From assembly GCA_002633005.1 (NCBI GenBank), contig NMRA01000113.1, positions 196,797 through 260,796 on the forward strand: a stretch of 64,000 bases of DNA, in the 5' to 3' direction. Below the pieces are notes generated by a model. The model searched no databases. It was not told the origin of the DNA and saw nothing but the letters and a program-made list of their open reading frames with translations. The translations under genes and the position numbers were made by a program. Below, one piece after another: positions 58,959-64,000 of the stretch (position 1 is the first letter of the stretch; each line of letters begins with the position of its first letter). The stretch is from Phoronis australis (Eukaryota; Animalia; Phoronida).

Positions 58959-61785
58959 GTTCTACGTCGTCGACGTCACTGGACCAGCGATACTAGGCCT
59001 GCCAACCTTAGAAGCGCTCAACGTCGTAACGTTGAACTGCGCTGTGTCACCCCAACAACCCATTCACAGTGTCGCTGACTTGATGTACCTCTACCCAGAC
59101 AGGTTCGACCGCATTGGCGAATTCCAGAGAACTCACAAGCTCATGGTTAAGCCTAACGTACCATGTCATGTAGACCCACCGAGAAGAACACCAATCGCTA
59201 TGCGCGAGAAAATCAAAGCTGAACTCGACAAGATGGAATCACAACAGGTCATTCGTCGTATCGAAGGGCCGACTGACTGGGTGAGCTCGCTTACATACGT
59301 AACCAAACGAGACAACACAATAAGAGTGTGCCTGGACCCCCGAGCACTAAACAGAGCCCTCATACGACCATACCACCAGATTCCAACAGTCGAAGAACTC
59401 AACCATCGCTTCGCTGGCACTAAATTCTTCTCGAAGTTAGACGCGAAGTCGGGATATGGGTCAATCAAGCTTGACCAAGAAAGTCAAGCTCTGACGACTT
59501 TCCAAACACCGTTTGGACGGTATTGTTTCCAACGGCTCCCTTTTGGTCTCAACGTCAGCCAGGACATTTTCCAACTCGAAATGGATAGAATCCTTGAGAA
59601 GTGTAAAGGCGCATGTGGAATCGCCGATGACATCGTCATCTATGGGTCAACAAAGAACGAGCACAACGAAAATGTTAGACACTTCATGGAGATCGCAACC
59701 CAGGAGGGACTTACGCTCAACTCGAGCAAGTGCAGCATAAAACGCCAAGAAGTATCCTTTTTTGGAAATTTGTACACTCACACTGGAATGAAGCCCGACC
59801 CAGCCAAGATTCGTGACCTGCAGGAGATGTCAGAACCACGTGACAAAACGCAACTGCAGCAATTCCTGGGTGTGATGACTTACCTATCTCGCTTTGTCAA
59901 AGACTTCAGTTCCAAAACCGCCATCTTACGTGACCTCCTTCACAAAGACTCGGAGTTTCTGTGGAAACCACACCACCAAAGAGCCTTCACTGACCTCAAG
60001 AGCGAAATCTCTGAGACATCGCTTCTCCAGTACTTCTACCCAAAGCTCCCAATCTACATGCACTGTGACGCAAGCCTCCAAGGCATAGGCGCCGCTCTAT
60101 TGCAACCCGATTCTGCTGGCACTCTTGTTCCTGTTGTCTATGCCAGCAAGAGCCTGACACCAGCTGAACAGATGTACGCATGTATTGAGCGTGAGTTATT
60201 GGCAATCGTATTTGGCACCCAGAGGTTTCACACATATTTGTACGGTCACACTTTCCAGGTACTCACTGACCATAAACCACTCGTGATGATCATTGACAAA
60301 CCCCTCACCTCAGCTCCAGCTCGCCTCCAGCGGATGCTTATCCAACTTCCGGGATACAACTTCAACCTCTGCTATAACAAGGGATCCGACAACGTTTTGG
60401 CTGACGGACTCTCACGTTTACCATCACCATGTAACGCTGAACCTATCGATCTAGACGTCCGAGTTGATACTGTTCGCTTCTCAACGAATTGCATCGAGGA
60501 ACTGAGAAACTGCACTGCGGCTGACCCCCTACTCAACCAGCTGAGAGAAATCATCATTATGGGATGGCCAGAGATGATTAAGCAGCTACCAACTGATGTC
60601 AGAGCATTCTGGGGCCTAAGAGATCAGCTCTCAGTAGACAATGGCCTCATCCTAAAGGGGCAACAGATCGTAATTCTTCAGACCCTGCAAGAAGACATAC
60701 TGAAACAACTCCATACTGCCCACCTGGGACAAGAGAAAACCAAACTCCTAGCTAAGGACACTGTGTACTGGGTAAACATAAACAAAGATATCGACCGGTT
60801 CACCAAGTCATGCAGCATATGCCAGCACCATCAACCATCCCAGATGTCGGAGCCACTACTGCAACATGACATTCCAACAAAGCCATGGGATGTTGTAGGT
60901 ACCGACCTGTTTGAGCTCCACGAGTCCCAGTGGCTGATCATAGTCGACTACTACTCTAAGTATCCTGTAGTACGACAGCTAGTCCTACTCCTTCACCAAG
61001 CAGCGTTGTTGTAAACATCACAAGCCAAGTCTTCGCGGAGCTCGGTATACCGTCCAAAGTTGTAAGTGACAATGGGCCACACTTCTCCAGCGCTGCCTAT
61101 CGTGAATTTGCTATGGAGTGGGGATTCCACCATGAGACAACCTCACCTCGGAGACCACAGGGAAATGGTTTCGTAGAGCGCCAGGTGAAGACTATAAAGA
61201 CTATCCTCAGGAAGGCCAAGCAGTCTGGCACCACATCTGAAATCGCATTGTTGCACTGGCGTTGCACTCCAATCTCAAATGACTTGCCAAGTCCAGCACA
61301 GCTACTAATGGGTAGACGAATCCAGTCTCTGCTTGCTACGAAAATCGCAAATGATCACCAAAACAAGGATCAAGTATATGGTGCTCTCCAGCAACGACAA
61401 GAGAACCAGAAGAAATATTTTGACCGACACTCACTCAAAGAGGAAGTACCACCTCTGTACCCTGGTCAGAAAGTTAGAGTACAACACCCCGTGTCTGGAA
61501 TTAAGCTGGGATCCAGCTATCGTAGTATCCCAGGCAGATGGTCCTCGTTCCTTCCTGCTAAGAAATGTAAATGGACACGTGTTCCGAAGAAACAGTCAAC
61601 ACATACGAGACATCCCCATAACACCAAGTGTATCAACAGCTCCAGATGTTTCGAAGGCTGCTCAGACCAAACACGTGACATTTACAGAACCACCTGTACG
61701 CGAAACCCCAACCTTGCCCACTTACTCGCAACACCATACTCGTAGTGGCAGGATTGTGAAACGACCACCAAAGATGGACTTGTAG
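58906..61785 (+). pseudogene. pol: Pol (RT, RNase H, integrase) of element A, frameshifted
   Basis: RT motifs VCLDPRALN, LPFGL and IADD; RNase H CDAS and ERELLAI; integrase H-H-C-C and DLFE...SDNGP...NGFVER; C-terminal TRSGRIVKRP. Frameshifts near 58935, 60985 and 61495. Confidence 0.95.
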
Positions 61786-61991
61786 TGTTATGAGCATTTA
61801 TTCACACTTAGATCTTAAGTACTTACTTTAGATAGCTTACATACAGCAGGTATATACCTCGGGGCAGAATAACCCCCCTACCATGCTGTGGCTGTTCAGT
61901 AGTCCACCTGAACTAGCCTAGTGTTTTATACATCGCATTTTTTTATTTGATAGTAATTGTCTAAGGATTTCCTTTCTTGGTAAAAGGGGGA

Positions 61992-62152
61992 TGTGATGAT
62001 ATCGTTCCACATTTTATAGCTGCTCACGGTTTACTGCCCGATCCAACTTTTAACATACCCCTTGCCGGAAGTTCAATAATATACATCGTATGCCCTTGTC
62101 AGTCAATCATTGTGCTTTTATTACAACATTACATGCCATAATCGGCATGACA
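61992..62152 (+). repeat. 3' LTR of Gypsy element A (161 bp)
   Basis: Preceded by the PPT and followed by TSD GGGCT. Confidence 0.95.
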
Positions 62153-62194
62153 GGGCTTGCCTCCCTTTGTGAATTATAGAGATCGTGTCACTTT

Positions 62195-64000
62195 TGTAAT
62201 AGTATTATGACTGCATGGAACTACACTTACCTTATATGGCACAATTAGTTAGAATGGTTTATTATATAAGTCTTGCCAAACAGTTCTATGAAATGTGACT
62301 CATATGCATGTGGTCTTGTGTATTGCAAAAACATGTTGTTATACAGTAGTTAGTCAGTCCGCAAAAGTAGTGTTCAAGTAAAGACGTCTTCTTCACTCCT
62401 CTCTCCACAAGCCATTACATGGTGTCAGGAGTTAGCGATTTGTTTATTCAGTTGTTGCTTATGTGATGTATGAATGATTTAGTTTACGCCATTTACTATT
62501 TTTAGAGAACACGTGTTATGTTATGTAGTCACATGACGGTTTCACCATCAGTTTGTAGTTGTACGTTCACTGCTTGTATTACCACGGTCACGAATAGACG
62601 TATTTCATTATCACTCGAATAATTGTTGTTCCTTCCACTCTGGCTACCCAACGATAAACATAACATTGGCGATGAGAAATGGCTTCAAGGACGATTCAGT
62701 TTGAGGAGTACAACAAAAAGGATGATATGGACATTGGAACGTTTGGAACTGAGGTCGTGGTTAGGCATGATAAATTTTCAGGCTCAATTTATCCCAAACT
62801 TATCCTCCATAATTTATCCCCTGAACGAATTGCTGGGGAAAGTTCCGTTTAGATGGACAAAACAATGCGAGGATGGGTTTGCAAAAGTAAAGAAAACGAT
62901 CAGTTCAGACAAATTGTTAGCTCATTATGATCCCACTTTACCACTGGAACTTGTGGTTGATGCTAGTCCTTATGGACTCGGTGCAGCAATTTTGCACGTG
63001 TACGATAGAAATGTTCGGAAACCGGTTGCTTTTGCATCCCGCAGCTTGGGAAAACATGAACGCGGGTACGCGCAATTAGACAAAGAAGCTTTGTCGATTA
63101 TGTTCGGTTTGCGGAAGTTTCACGCATACCTATACGGAAGGAACTTTACAATATGTACGGACCATAAACCGTTGGAAAGAATCTTGGGTCCTAAAACGGC
63201 AATACCGACGCTTGCCGTGCAGAGATTGCAACGATGGGCAGTGACCTTGTCAGCTTTCAATTATGACATACGATACATCACGTCTAAACAGAATGCTATC
63301 GCTGACGTTCTACCATGGTTGCCACTGCCTACCACAAGGGGTGAAGGAGAAGAAGCCAACTGCATCGAAACCAAACAATTGGATGGACTTCCTGTCAGCA
63401 GCAAGGCCATTAGTCATGCTACAAGGAACGATCCTGTTCTGTCACGAGTGATACATTTTGTATAGCACGGGTGGCCTAACGAAATTGACGACGTGCGGTT
63501 TACACCATTCCTCAGAGGAAAACATGAGCTCACGACCGAGCAAGGGTGTATCATATGGGGAATGCGTGTGGTTATTCCCGAGAAATACCGCAAGGATATA
63601 CTTGACGAATTACACAATGCACATGTAGGTATTGTGCGAATGAAAGAACTTACTCGCAGTTACGTACGGTGGCCTCAAGTTGACCAGGATATTGAACAGT
63701 TGGTGCGAACAAACAAGTGCGAAATTTACCGCCAGCGACACCACTAATGCCCTGGGTGTGGCCAAGTAAGCCTTGGCACCATGTTCACACGGACTTCGCG
63801 GAAAAGGACGGTCAACACTTTCTGATAGTGATTGACGCTCACTCAAAGTGGCCGGAAATATTCCATATGACCAGCACGTCATATGCGACCATTGCAGTTT
63901 TGCGAGAGTTATTTGGTAGATATAGAGTACCAGTACAATTCGTTAGTGATGAGTCCACAATTTATAAGCCAAGAGTTCAAACATTTCTTGAAAATGAATG
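62195..64000 (+). mobile_element. Second Ty3/Gypsy element B, internally deleted, runs off the window end
   Basis: Candidate 5' LTR 62195-62419 (TGTAAT...ATTACA) followed by PBS TGGTGTCAGGAGT (tRNA-Leu CAG type) at 62420. A gag start MASRTIQFEEY at 62679 jumps directly to ELRSWLGMINF, then RNase H (VDASPYGLGA, DKEALSI) and integrase (HNAHVGIVRMK, HTDFA, DAHSKWPE), with a stop at 63463 and a frameshift near 63715. Confidence 0.9.

Larger units (their letters stand above)
57418..62152 (+). mobile_element. Full-length Ty3/Gypsy LTR retrotransposon A (Mag/SURL-like), coding region disabled
   Basis: 5' LTR 57418-57548 and 3' LTR 61992-62152, both TG...CA. 5-bp TSD GGGCT at 57413-57417 and 62153-62157. 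PBS TGGTGGCAACGG at 57549; PPT AAAAGGGGGA at 61982-61991. Domain order gag-PR-RT-RH-IN. Confidence 0.97.

Noticed and set aside
57761-60557. Antisense and alternate-frame ORFs over Gypsy element A
   Set aside because: These are shadow ORFs of the gag-pol codon bias with no independent motifs.

Overview
AT-rich, repeat-dense animal genomic DNA with GT-AG introns. A marine invertebrate, possibly an echinoderm, is my inference from the repeat types; it cannot be proven from the sequence. The one complete host gene is a 10-coding-exon centromere protein T (CENP-T) gene on the + strand (37609-52489, about 569 aa). It has three N-terminal TPR-x-(L/I)-(I) motifs and a C-terminal histone fold. Two phase-compatible exons of an unidentified minus-strand gene lie at 1220-4428. 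The last 8 kb is a cluster of three same-orientation Ty3/Gypsy LTR retrotransposons. Element A is full length (57418-62152, TSD GGGCT). Element B is internally deleted and starts at 62195. Both appear to have inserted into the 3' LTR of an older element C, which carries an extra two-zinc-finger ORF between its pol stop and its polypurine tract. The rest is non-autonomous DNA transposons, LINE and SINE relics, THAP, psq-HTH and chromodomain relics, minisatellites, and three duplications centred on a single N that look like assembly artefacts. The DNA transposons include a 4.6-kb TA-flanked TIR element, Helentron-like HINEs with CTCF-motif arrays, and 5-bp-TSD MITEs. Most short ORFs in the supplied track are spurious.
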